The translations under genes were made by a program, and so were the position numbers. The notes below the pieces were generated by a model. That model was not told the origin of the DNA. It saw nothing but the letters and a program-made list of their open reading frames with translations, and made no database searches. From Eledone cirrhosa (taxonomy: Eukaryota), in contig OZ024742.1 in assembly GCA_964016885.1 (NCBI GenBank), positions 209,250,001 through 209,314,000 on the forward strand: a stretch of 64,000 nucleotides of DNA. The letters are read 5' to 3'. This document shows positions 26,330-38,974 of the stretch, piece after piece. Positions within the stretch are counted from its first letter, which is position 1. Every line of letters begins with the position of its first letter.

Positions 26330-26870
26330 AACTTTGTAGGAGTACGTATGATTTTAAGTCCAAAAGCACAAAATATTTGCTTTGTATTGAGTCTATAATT
26401 TCAAGAATAATGGTCGCAACTTTTAAACATACAAAGCTATCCATAATCTGTTGTTACAGTCCTACAAATACTGCAGAATTAGAGATTGCTGAAAATATTT
26501 ACAATGAAATTTTAGATTTGATACGTGAAGTCCCAAAACATAGCCTAACTCTTGGCGTAAGAGATTTTAACGCAAAGAAGGGCTTAGCGTTCATGAAAAA
26601 AAAACGAAACAAAAAAAAAACAGAAATGCAGAATTATTTTTGGATCTTTTAAACGAATGTAATGTGATTAGTTTGAAAGATAAGTATGAGAAAATACTAG
26701 GAAAGTTGAAGACAATTAAATATCCAAATGGTGTCCGAAGTCAACTTGATCATATTTTAATACATAATAAATGGGAAAATAGTGAAATGAACTGTAAAGC
26801 TTATAGCTCCATCTTACCACTAGATTCAGATCATCGTCCTAGTCTGGTGGTTTTCGATCTCCTATGATTG
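26330..26870 (+). mobile_element. RTE-type LINE AP-endonuclease remnant
   Basis: CCYSPTN...RDFNAK, SQLDHILI...DSDHRP. Confidence 0.8.
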
Positions 26871-27042
26871 AACACATATCTTTATGTGTACTTCTCTCTA
26901 TATGCTGATTTAAAAAGAGTCCGGAATCTAATCCTTGAGCTCATTAAATGAAATTATAAGGGAATAATGTGAGTCTTTTACTCCGTTTTTTAATTATATA
27001 TATACAAACGTACAGTATATTGCCAAATATACTATACATACA

Positions 27043-27098
<56 letters not shown>

Positions 27099-27102
<4 letters not shown>

Positions 27103-27315
27103 TGTATGTATAGTATATTTGGCAATATACTGTACGTTTAATTAAATTCATTTTGAAGACCATTCGCTATGAGTTTTAAATCAATCACTATGTTAGTTAC
27201 TTATTATCGGCAAAAGCAAAAGAGTGTGATCAACAGTTCTGTTTCTCGCTCATTAGCATTTATCAAGACTACTCACTCCTTCGATTCTGCCGAGAGTTAT
27301 AGAAGCAGAATTAAA
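27099..27315 (-). mobile_element. Diverged member of the 316-bp HHR repeat family
   Basis: Homologous to 56290-56480; short inverted copy 27006-27046 on the other side of the (TA)n. Confidence 0.8.
27222..27278 (-). ncRNA. Hammerhead with U3-A8 core variant
   Basis: gagtg..gtc TTGATAA atgct aatg agcga GAAA CAG aa CTG TT gat..cactc. Confidence 0.72.
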
Positions 27316-27648
27316 TGTTAAACCAATCAGTTTACATTCATTTAAAAGGTACAATGGACATTGATTAAACATCAAAAATTAGTATTTAACATTTTGATTG
27401 AAATAAAGAATACAAATCTAAGTAGAGAATGCGATAATCTAAATACACTGCAAGTAAATATTATCTAGTATCACATGGATTAGTCACGAAATATACTTAT
27501 TCCCAGACAGGAGAATTTACCAAGCCCTGCCAACATATTATGAACTTAAATTCTAAAGTCGAGATATTATTTTTAAACATTTGAAATTACGATTGGTCTA
27601 AAGAATAGAAAATGGAAATTAGTAATTAACATTTTGATTGAAGTAAGT

Positions 27649-27687
<39 letters not shown>

Positions 27688-27904
27688 GTGATAATTAAAA
27701 CAAACATTTAGTTAATAGTATCTTTTATTGCATGAATTAACAAATAGTGACGGGGAAAGAATACTTAGTGGGAAAACAATTAGGGAAAAGTATATGTAAA
27801 ACCAAGGTAAATTATATATATATATATATATTTATTTATTTATTAAAATAACAGAATAAAGTTTGGATTTTAGTCTTCCCATTTATTATTATTACTATAT
27901 ATAT

Positions 27905-28127
27905 ATCAGGATCGATTGACTTTCCTCAAATCGGACCGAGGAAACAATGTTTCCGTCGGTCTTTCCAGTTGCTAGTACTATCTATCGGTCGCAACTCCAG
28001 GTAGAAGGAGCAACGTGAAATAAAGTGTCTTGCTCAACGACATAACGTATCGCCCTGTCCGGGATTGAACTTACAACCTCAAGACTGCGAATCCAATTCT
28101 CTAACCACTCAGCCACATGCCTTCACT
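27905..28127 (-). mobile_element. tRNA-derived SINE family B
   Basis: Minus strand gaaggcatgtggctgagtggttagag...agttcaatccc...ttgagcaagacactttatttcacgttgctcc. Confidence 0.85.
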
Positions 28128-28139
28128 ATATATATATAG

Positions 28140-28500
28140 TGCAAATACATACGGGAACAAAACAGAGAGGCAGACAAATGAAGGTTTATTAGGTTCACGC
28201 TTTTGAGAGCATAAGCCCTTCTTCAGAGGTAAATAGGTTAGGAAGAGAGTTCAGAGAGTGTGTGGAAATATATTTAGAAAAAAGGGGGGAGGGGAACAAA
28301 TAAAAATAAAAATAAACGTAAAAATAAACATAAGAATAAACAATTAGATGAACAAGTGGTGGAAGGGTGTGAGGCGAGTAAGGGTGGTGGCGGGTGGAGT
28401 TGGGAGAGGGAGGCGGGGAGTCGAAGCGAGGAAGGCTGAAGGTGGTGTTTGTGTATGTGTGTAGGTGTACGTGAGTGCGTGTGCGTGTGTATGTGAGAGT
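28140..28500 (-). mobile_element. Probable PLE pLTR fragment with a degenerate HHR at about 28190-28232
   Basis: acct CTGAAGA agggc ttat gctct c AAAA gcgtg (GAAA mutated), then AATAAA. Confidence 0.45.
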
Positions 28501-30060
28501 TTGAGGAAGAATGGGCCTTGTCTTCCTTGATCTTCTTCTTGGCTCTCTAATGCTCCTCTCTGGCGAAGGATCCTGTCTCAATATCCAGTTCCTCAAATAG
28601 CTGTCTGATCTGCCCGGTGTTCTGGGCTGTGGAAGGCGGCTCTCCTAGCAGTGTCTAAAAGTGGTCCAGCCATTTCCTCTTCCTATCCTCGGGGCCTGTT
28701 CCCTGGATGTGACTCGAACCCCCTCTCTTCCTCCCTGTGATCTCGTTGATGATCGGCAGCTCTCTTTACACCTAGACCTGTCAACCGCTTTCTCCATCAG
28801 CACCTTCTGGCTGGCCTCAGTGTAAGCGGTACAGAGTTCTTCCTTCATCGCTTCCACATTCTCCTTCCTCTCCTCTGTAGGATCAGCAGGGAATTGGTCC
28901 GTGGCAGCTTTCAGGTGTTCTCTGGCTGCACATACTTTTGGGTCTGCAGAGCTGACGTGCTTCCACTTCTTCTCTATCCTCGACATCAGGGTCTCACTTG
29001 CTTCTGTCACTGCATTGGTGAAGTACCTGTACCTTACCATCACACTCTCCTCAGTCCCTCTAATCTCTCTCTCCCCTCTGCCTCTCCACATAGAACACTG
29101 AACATGTTCCTCACATCTACTGTGTACCTCTCCTGTAGCTTGTTCTCTTCCTTACTTTTTCTTAAGCTCACCCAGACCTCACGCATAACAAGCCGATGGT
29201 CAGTCCCCAGTGTACTGAAATAATTGTATGGGTTTGTGTTCAGAACACTATTCCGCCACTTCTTCCTCATCGCCATGTAGGATCCTCTGTTCTTGGATGG
29301 AAAGGATTTGCATACAACTCTCCTCGAGCAGATGACCCAAATCCTCTCTCTTCTCCAGCGTCCGAACAGTCCTCACATTCAGAGTGCCTATTTTAATGGC
29401 GCTTGTGCAGGACAAAAGTGTATTCTTTATATTTGTCTGAGAGACATCTGATCCATCATCCACTGGCCCTCCTTGTAACTCCACATTCCCCATAGCTCCT
29501 GAACTCCTGAAATGGAGCCTTGCCACTGGATGCAGTTTGATGTCATACCCAGGATTTGAGATACTGGCTGGAGTGCTCCAGAGAGATACATTGGCTCCCT
29601 ACCTTTTTATCATCACATTGGAGAAACACGAGAACTATGGCTTTACTGAAGCACTGGCTCAAAGCAGGAGAGTTAAGGCGAAAAAGGTATCAGATACTGA
29701 ATTTGCTGACGACATAGTTCCGGTGAGAAATACAGTGAAGGAAAAGAGGAGTTGATGCAGGAAGTGTAGACTGTGTCGATGAGTGTGAGGTTGAGAGTGA
29801 ATGAGAGTAAGATGAAGTATCTAGTAGAGAACATTAAGGAACCAGAGAAGATCATGAATGTTGGCGGAAAGCTGGTAGAGTTTGTTGATGACTTCCTGTA
29901 TCTGGGAGCAACGATTGGGAACACAGAGAATAATGTAGTTGAGAGGAAAAGCAAAGCCTGAGCGGCGTGCCAGTTTGAGATTGGTGTGGAAGTCGAAACC
30001 TTCGTAAGGATATGAAGATCCGTGTCTTCGCTGCTAGAGTGGAGTCTATAACTGCAGAAG
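28500..30060. mobile_element. RTE-type LINE remnant with inverted 5' part
   Basis: Minus strand 28500-29530: IGTLNVRT..IQEQR, TDHRLV (endonuclease); plus strand 29537-30060: GVLQRDTLAPYLF, FADDI, FLYLG (RT). Confidence 0.85.
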
Positions 30061-30215
30061 TGGTAGTCAACACTACCAAGGAGAGAAAGGGGGAAAGCGA
30101 TAAACAAAAATGTGAGCTCTTCTATATATATATATGTATGTAACCCATGTTATTTCATATCATATTCTTATTAATATACAACTTAACTACATTATAAATG
30201 TTATTATACACTTCC

Positions 30216-30256
30216 GTTGAATAAAGAAGCCGACGTGGCTGAAACCGGTACGATAA
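30216..30256 (+). ncRNA. Degenerate hammerhead-like motif in a TA-flanked segment
   Basis: ATAAAGA agcc gacgt ggct GAAA CCGG TA; 5' core damaged. Confidence 0.4.
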
Positions 30257-30348
30257 ATTCCTTTTTTGTAAATAAATGTTTTGCTGTTATTCTATGACAA
30301 AATCCCATTGGCATTTACTGCTGTTTTTTTTTCTTTTTTACTATTATG

Positions 30349-30400
<52 letters not shown>

Positions 30401-30700
30401 AGTTTTCTTTTTCCTTTCTCACCTAAATCAAACATTTCTTACCAGATTGTACTGGTCTTGTACATTTCTGTGACAATATTTGGATTCACCTTGCAAACGT
30501 TCCAGGCCTCAGATTACCGAAAACAACCATGTCTCCTCAATCTTGAATGTCAAATCTAGCGCCATTTGGTAATACATGGCTACAATTGGAATGGCCTTGT
30601 TCATAGGCTTTCAGCTGAAGCTAAACAACAACAGTAATGCCCTACAGAAGCTTCAACAGAGGTACACAGACACAAGCAAATAAATCTTGTCTGAATGAAT

Positions 30701-30875
30701 TATAATTGTTTCTATTTTAGGTACAAGGCCAGCAATCACCCAGTGCATTACTGGTACTTTATTTTATCGACTCCGTAAGGATGAAAGGCAAAGTCAACCT
30801 CGGCGGGATTTGAACTCAGATCATAAAGGGACGTAACTATGCTGGAAAGCATGGCGTCCGACCCTAATACGATAT
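30701..30875 (-). mobile_element. SINE family A
   Basis: Multi-copy identity within the window. Confidence 0.88.
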
Positions 30876-30989
30876 TCATAGATATGGAGGGAATGAGTTA
30901 TATATCTAGTATGCACTAACTTCCCTCCCATACATTTCTAACGTTGTAATTGCCCGACCTACGTCCTAACCCCCCCCCCCCCTAGATCT

Positions 30990-31200
30990 ACCGTCGTGTA
31001 GGCATCACGACAAAAAGCACCCAGTGCACACTGAAATGTGGTTGGCATTAAGGAGGAGAGCCAGCTTTAGAAACCAAGTCAAAACCAGTCCTGTGTAAGC
31101 AAAACAGGGTCTTTCGATCTGGCTTCTCTCACAAGGGGAGAACTTGTCTAACCCATGTTAGCTTGGGCAATGAACGTTAAACAATGACGATGATGATGAT
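30990..31200 (+). mobile_element. SINE family C 3' part with (GAT)n tail
   Basis: gtggttggcattaagga...ccagc.ttagaaacc...aacccatg..agc.tgg...acgttaaac.atgacgatgatgatgat; resembles a common octopus repeat (recollection). Confidence 0.6.
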
Positions 31201-31323
31201 TTATAGATCTCGAAAGGATGAAAGGCAAAGTTTACTTCAGCCGCTTATGAACTCGGATGGCAGTGAACCAGAACAAATACCGAGTCATTTTTACTCTGTT
31301 GCATTGACCACTTTACTTAGTTG

Positions 31324-31374
<51 letters not shown>

Positions 31375-31412
31375 TCCACACACACACATACATATATATA
31401 TATGTATTTATG

Positions 31413-31476
<64 letters not shown>

Positions 31477-32917
31477 GATATCAAACCAAGACCCAAGAAA
31501 TTTATCTTTGCAAAGCGAACTTCTTAGCAACATGGTTATGCCACCAATTATATACAAATGCTTCTCTTCACTGTATATGTGAGTGTTTTGTGGGAGTGAA
31601 TATGAGTGAGTGTGGAGAGAAAGAATAGAAACAAAGAGAGGTAGATAGATAGAAGACGATGAGGAAATAGACACATACATAATATCTCTCCTACATTAGC
31701 ACACATACCTCTATATATACATACATAAAAACATATACCTTCACACAGAGACAGACATAGATGTTTGTATATATTTAGAAGCTAATATCACAATAAACCC
31801 ATTGTAAAGGAGATGTAAGTCCGTCCGCCACTTTTGATTGAGTCTCTGTATAAATATATAGGTGAAGGAATATACAATAGAAATCTCGATATGGTTTATG
31901 GTGGTTAAGCAAAGAAAGTTTTTAAACGAATATTACGCTGCTGCTGTTGCTCTGTTAAATCTGGTAATTGTAAATATGTTTAGAGATGTGTAAAGATTTA
32001 TAAGACATCAACACATTTCACTGTATGGTGTTTGTTATTAGAAATCAATGTTTATATTACACTACAACGTTGCTATGACACTGTAGTTCACTCTTGAGGT
32101 CATGTATTGGTTTTAATATAAAACAGTATGACAATTTCTATTAAAGTATGCTGGGTGTCTGCTTATTGATGTTCTGTGCTTTGGTTTTATTGTTTGTTAT
32201 CTAAATAATGTATTGCAACTGCGCACTGACTAAATTAGAAAATTATCATTAATATTTGATTATGTGTAATATGTTAGCCACAGGAGAATTTATTTCTTAA
32301 TGAAGTAATTTCATTAGATATAACACAATCTGATGTTATGACAATATATGTTGAGAAGTATTTTATACTAGAACAAAAGTTTTCATTTCTAAAGCAGTAA
32401 CACTGTATACTGTAATCATGTATCTTCAAGTACAGCTAGCAAATTGTTTGCGCCATATTTCTACGATAGAGACACTAAATTAATTCGAAAATATATTTAG
32501 TAATATAGAGTTTCTTATTTTCCCCCTGGAGTACTTGAAATATCAAAATCTATAACAATCAAAACCAACTGCATTAATATTGTTAAATGTGCCAAGCCAT
32601 TTCTCACAAATATCTCATTTGGTAATTAAATCTGGTGAGAGTAAAAAATTAGATTTCCTTGCATAAAAGTTTAACTCCCTTGCAGGATAAACTACAATAA
32701 ATATTCTGTATATTGATAGACATGATAGTTACATTGTTTCCTTCTACATTAGGTGAAATGATACGATTATACTAAATGAACATAAATTCTACAAATATCG
32801 AAGTGGTTTCTGTTAATAGAGTCCACTGAGCTTTTACCATACTAAGTCTCGGAAATGTTAGTGATTTGTGTCATTAATACGACAGATATTTTTTAAAATT
32901 CTGTATATAATTCTCAG

Positions 32918-33100
32918 AATCTCCCACTGGGGATATTGAATCATTATATCTATTATATCCTTAATTCAAAAACTGTTTTTGGTAAACATCTTCTATTCTT
33001 CTTTGAAGAAAAACTTCAAAACAATCTGGAATACTATTCCTATGACAGACTATATATAGATGAGTTTGAAACACCACCAGATGAAATTGTTATTGGCTGT
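32918..33100 (+). CDS. Candidate isolated host exon, product unknown
   Basis: ttctcag acceptor, 183 bp open phase 0-0 (NLPLGILNHY...LYIDEFETPPDEIVIGC), GTATGT donor; no homology recognised. Confidence 0.3.
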
Positions 33101-33589
33101 GTATGTGCGTATGTGCCTACGTCTGATTATGTGGTTATTCGCGTGAATGTAAGAGAGTATATATGTATATGAGATGCTAAGCTTCTGAATCTACGTGGGT
33201 ATACGCGTAGGTATTTATATTGTATAGATTTATACACCTACTCGGAAACTAAAACAATTTCTAAAGGAAACAGGTTGGTTTTCTCGTGAATGGAGCTCCT
33301 CTCATTCAACCATGTTATGTTTAGTCCAGCGTTGACAAATGGTATTTCATATATAAAAGGAAGAATTTTTTTTTGTTTACAAAATATATGTCTAAATCAA
33401 GGTACCCCACGAGAATAAGATATTAAGAATTGTTGACTATCCTTGGTGCGTGGTTTCCTCCAAGAATTTCCTCTCTCTTTAATATCTTAACAAAACATCA
33501 TTTCAGCGTTAAAATAATTTTCCGATTATTGGTGTGTCATCTACAATGTATGCATGTATGTATGTTCTTCTGGTTTTATAATTTTATAA

Positions 33590-35650
33590 ATGTTTACCAA
33601 TAGAGAGTTAGTCGGTTTCTAACATAGATACAAGACCCTCTCATTGGAAGTTACACAACACCAACTTGGTAGATTTGCATGCATGCGAGTGCAGGTATGG
33701 ATATTATTGTGTGTGTGGAAGTGCCTGTTTTGAGCGTGTGCATGTGCATATGCTTTGTATTTGTACATGTGTACATGGAGATATGTGATGCTGAATTTTT
33801 GGAATGTTTTACATATTTTTACTGTTCCATTAGTGGATTGTACTTGTAATTTTCTAGCTAGTCGTGTTCTTTCTGTTTCTGAGAAGCCAAGCTTCTCAGG
33901 ATTCGTATTAGGTAGTTACTAACATACCCCAGAGCCCCAATAATTATAGGCATAAATCCGAAGGTATAGTCAGGCTGGAGTATCTGTAGATTTCTCATTA
34001 GTTCTGCATAAATATTCTCCTTTTCGCTAATCTTTGCTATTATATTGGCATCTGCTGGGCAGCTAACTTCCACTACTGTGCATGCCTTCTTTTCCCTGTC
34101 CCATATCATTATATCTGGTCTGTTATGCCTGCACTTTATTTGGGTTTTACTGGAACATTCCACCAGTACCCTTTCATATTATATATGTGTATGTCTTCCA
34201 CATTGCCGTAGCTTTTAATGTGTTTATTATCGGGACTATCTTTTCTACGGATTGCATTGTACAGTGTTTTGGCCACTACATCATGCCTCATAGGTAGATA
34301 GTATCACGATGACATCTTTGGACATCTGCTTATGACATGGGTGACATATTCTATGTTAATTCTGCAGAGTCTGCACTTGTCACATCTGGGTGTTTTGCCT
34401 GCAGCCCTATCTCTTTTGTGAATCAGTTATTTGGTGTCGATTTGGTTCTTGGATTGTAAAAGCATATCCTTCAAAGTGGGAGCCAATATAGCGTTTGGTG
34501 GTCCAAGATAGACTACTTTTTTTATCTATACAATTCTCACTCTGGAGCTACCTGGCAACATATCCATGCATGATATTTTGCTGGTAAGCATGCAGTTTTT
34601 CACCCATGAATTCGCTGCAGTATTGCTGGGCAATTCCCTGGGTGTCAGGCTTTGATTATCACGCAGGGAACATCTTTCAAGGAGTTCCTTCTCAACTCTC
34701 ATAATTTTATCTGCCTCATGTAGAGAGATTTGCTCAATAGATGGGCTCCTACGCTTGGAGGTTCGTAGATGTTGTTGGAGGGTTATGATGCGGCATTCAA
34801 ATACTGTCTGAACTGATGATAGCCCTCTACCTCCCTGCTTACGTTTCAAGTAAAGGCGGTCTATGTCACTGTTGATGTGGAAGTTTCCGGTGTTGTTTAG
34901 TATTTTTCGAGTTCTAACATCAATCGCTTGGATTTCGTCTATCGTCCAATTGAGTATTCCAAAAGTTAGTGTTAGGTCAGGCACATCAAACACTTGGTGA
35001 GCCACTGTTTTATTGTGCGCAGAGAGTTCAGATGACCATACTTTTCTTAATCGGGTGTAATATTCCCTGGTTACGTATTCCTTATTACAAATACCATTAT
35101 AGGATATATTCTCATCTATCTCCAGGTATCTGTAGCATTCCGCGTCAAATATCGGTGAAACATTTAGGCCGTCGATACAAATGTTGCTAGATTACTATAT
35201 CCTTTCAGAACGTTGAAAACAGGTCAAGATTTTTCTTCATCCCATTCGTGTTTTGGGTATAGAGTTTCAAGTCATCCACAAAGAAATTATGGGTTAAGTT
35301 TGTACTTCTGTCCTCCCGTGAGACAATGATGTATCCTTCACATTTCTTGAACAAAAAGGATAAGGGATTTAATGACAGGATTAATATCACAGAGAGGCTG
35401 TCTCCCTGAAATATACCACTGTGATATTCTATTTCATCAGTGGAAATAGAGTCCGCCTTCTCTGTTTTTAACATTAGGATAGTGACCCAAGAAGAAGACA
35501 GCTACTCTATGGCTCTGATAATAATTTCTGGGACTTTAGCAATCGGAGGGCCTGTATCATCCAAGGGTGGTGAACAGAATCGAAATATTTCCTGTAGTCC
35601 AGCCAGACTGTATCCATATTCATCTAAGTTGTCGCAAATCCGACATCCCA
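33590..35650 (-). mobile_element. Degenerate R4/Dong-type LINE (RT + CCHC + restriction-like endonuclease)
   Basis: GIFQGDSLS, FVDDLKLY, DIDRLYLKRKQGGRGL, CRLC..THVI..C, HNRPDI..VEVSCP..IIGALG. Confidence 0.9.
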
Positions 35651-35711
35651 GTTTTGTTGTTTTGGAGTTGTTCAGCAGTTTCTTTTATATATGTATGTAC
35701 ATATATATAAG

Positions 35712-35713
<2 letters not shown>

Positions 35714-35790
<77 letters not shown>
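35714..35790. repeat. (TG)n microsatellite
   Basis: Directly visible. Confidence 0.97.
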
Positions 35791-35792
<2 letters not shown>

Positions 35793-36206
35793 CTTATATT
35801 TCTATTTACTCGTCACTTCTGCTTCGAAATGAAAGCTAAGAAAAACGCTAGTCATTGGTACACCTAAAAATGTATTGGAAGTAGAAAACAGTTTAAAGGC
35901 TGCAGTTTCATTGGAGAATTAATGAACTAATTCCAAGTAACAAAAGTAGCTAATGTTTTTTTTTCTTATTATTATTGTTTATTCATAGATGTAGGGATAG
36001 TAGCTATGATCTTTACGGGGTCTCCGTGTCTGGTGAAAGGCAGATAGGATGCTATCATGAAATTTGAGACCTTTTCTAAATGCTTGCAACTGTGTGGACT
36101 CCACTGAAGGCACCCAATGAGAAGGTGGTGGCATTGAACATTTAAACAAGTGTTTACTGTGTTCATGACATATGAGAACCCCAAATATATTGGTGTTATT
36201 TGATTG

Positions 36207-36542
36207 CTCTAGGGTCCCAAATAATAGGGGAGTGGAATAAGCGAGGGAGGGGGACATTGTCTGAAATTCTTATAAGTGGGTGGTTGAAATGAACGGGGCA
36301 ATTATTCGGGAATTGTATAGTGTACGTTCGTAAATATGGGATTTCTTGTAATGTTCTTTTTCTCATATATAATGTTTTTTTAATGTAAAATTATTAGATT
36401 CTCCAGCTGCTGTCAAAACGAATCACTTACAATAAAATTTCGCCGGAGATAGATAAGCAAAATTCAATAAGCGGGGGTGGGGGTTGAAAAGAATCTGAAA
36501 AATTAATAAACGGGTGGGGAACGATTATTCAAGACCTGGGAG
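36207..36542. mobile_element. Probable Tc1/mariner-pogo-type MITE
   Basis: Imperfect TIRs ctctagggtcccaaataat / attattcaagacctgggag, right TA flank, subterminal aataagcgg/aataaacgg repeats. Confidence 0.5.
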
Positions 36543-36795
36543 TACATATATGTGTGTGGATGTAACAATGTATGTATGACTAAGTGTGTGTTTATGTGTT
36601 TATACCAAACAATCGTTAGCGATATATATATATATTTTTACTTTGTGGAATTAAGTTTTGGAAAATCTCATCTTTACTTTTCATTAGTGTAGGCCAAACA
36701 ATCCATTTCTTGCAAACACCTACATCTCGGAGGAGGGATTTCCAAATACAAATATATCGTCTATTCTCACCGACAGATCTATTAGCTGTTAGAAA

Positions 36796-37178
36796 TAATT
36801 ATTTCTTACTTTAGGCACATGGCCAGTAATTTGAAGAGGGTAGAAAAAGTTGATTAAATCGACCCCTGTGCTTTATTTTATCGACCCCGTAATGAAGAAA
36901 GGTAAAGTTAACCTCGGCGAGATTTGAACTCAGAAAGCAAAGGGTCATAACTCAATGCATGGCGTCTGACGTTCTACCGATACTGCCAATTCACCGCCCT
37001 AGAAATAATTGTTTCTACTTTTGACACTAGGCCAGCAATTACCCCAGTGCATTACTGGTACTTTATTTCATGGAACCCATAAGGATGAAAAACAAAGTTT
37101 ACCTCGGTGGGATTTGAACTCAGAACGTAATGCTGCAAGGCATGGAGGCTGATGCTCTACCGATACTGACAATACACT
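36796..37178 (-). mobile_element. Two tandem SINE family A copies
   Basis: 36796-37000 and 37005-37178. Confidence 0.85.
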
Positions 37179-37997
37179 CCGACCAAAACAGTAGAGTAGT
37201 AAAAGCAACAACAACCAAATACTTATGAATGTTGTTTGTCGTCGTTGTCACGTTGCCGTTGTCATAGCAACTAGATGTATTTCTTGCAGTTGTTTACTTG
37301 ACGTAATGCTATTGTTGTTACTGATATCAACTGTAACTCGACTTGACACAATATGTAACGGGAATTGAATTCGCAAAGTGAACGAAAGGTTAAATGAGAG
37401 AGGAATAGAGACAGAAACCGGGATGAACGAGAGAGGAAGTTTAAGGAGTACCTGGTGAAAGTGAGGAGAAAGGAAAGGAAGTTTTTGAAGAACCATAGAT
37501 TGTGTGGTGACGTTGTTGGGAACAATAAATGTAAACCCTAAATAAGCGTTCATCTGAATGTTACTGTCAAAACGACACCTGAAGCTAAACAGTAGTTTCG
37601 TGACCAACACAAACTACAATAAACAGACATATTGTTAGGAAAGATAAGTGGGTATAGGTTGGAATATGAGTGGTAAGGTAAAACTAACATTGAAAAGAGA
37701 GACTGCGAATAGTGTGTTTGATGTATGCGATAACGGGTACATGCGTGTATCTTTATGTCCGGCCATGTGTGTGTATATTTATGTTTTATGTTTGGATATT
37801 TATATTTGGATGTTTGTGGTATATCTGAGTGTGTATGTGTTTCTTAAACATCCAAATGAGGGATAGATTGACGACTAGATAAACGGAAAGATACAGGAAA
37901 GCAAAGCCGCCTTGTTTCGCGTCTGAGCCTGTTGTAAAATACGTAAACAGCTAATAATACAGACAGATTAATATATAGATACAGAAGGGGGTAGGTT

Positions 37998-38054
<57 letters not shown>

Positions 38055-38057
<3 letters not shown>

Positions 38058-38531
38058 GATAAGCAGAACAAGTAAAATTCAATCAATTTTTCAAAATACA
38101 TTAAAAAATATAATATAAATATTTACCTCTTCTAGTGGCCCTTACTGATCAGTTTCGCTTTGTAAAACCTCATAAATCCGATGGATTTATGATGGAAAAC
38201 TAAAGCTCATCAGAGAAGCATTTTCCCTTCCTAGGGCTAAACGTCCCAGGAACGACAAAATATACAACCTCCTGCCAGCTAATAAAGGTCTGAAAGGTCG
38301 TAAAATTGACCCGTATGTAAACTGGACCGAAGTAAAAGCGGGAAAATCAAAGACTTGCTGTCTACAATTACTACTAAAAAAATAGCAGCCAAGTAGAGCA
38401 ACAGATTTGTTCTCAACGGACGGAGAAAAAAGGTAGAAGTTAATATGTCCAGGGATACTAGGTACCCCTAGAAATACATAGGTTGTCTATGATTCAAGGT
38501 TGTTCAATGGTGTTAATTTGATACACCAGAA

Positions 38532-38535
<4 letters not shown>
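38055..38535 (-). mobile_element. Non-coding HHR-bearing element flanked on both sides by (TA)n
   Basis: HHR ~85 nt from the 3' TA run; no ORF. Confidence 0.65.
38138..38219 (-). ncRNA. Type I hammerhead with extended stem II
   Basis: gcttct CTGATGA gcttt..tcataaatcc atc ggatttatga..aaagc GAAA CTGATCAG TA agggc. Confidence 0.8.
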
Positions 38536-38629
<94 letters not shown>

Positions 38630-38781
38630 AATAAATTTGAAGACTAAAATCCAAAGAGGGCTCGATAAGGATAAATATATATCAAATATATAAGAACCGT
38701 AGAGCAAATATTTATTTTAATAAATATATATATATATATATTTTAAAATATATATTAATATATATATATATATATATATAT

Positions 38782-38970
38782 TATATTTGACAATATACCG
38801 TATGTTTAATTAAAAACATTTAGAAGACGATAGGCTATCAGTTTTAAAGTAGTGACTATGTCACTTACTCCTTTTCGGCGAAAGAAGGGAGAGAAGCTGA
38901 CAGTCTGTTTCGCGCTGGTTGGCGTTCATTAGACCCACGTACTCCCCTGCTGGAATTCTATAAGAATCCA
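38782..38970 (-). mobile_element. Member of the 316-bp HHR family with C3-G8 core (G5A-damaged HHR at 38887-38946)
   Basis: gggt CTAATGA acgcc aacc agcgc GAAA CAG a CTG TC agct; flank homologous to 56300-56410. Confidence 0.78.
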
Positions 38971-38974
38971 GTTT

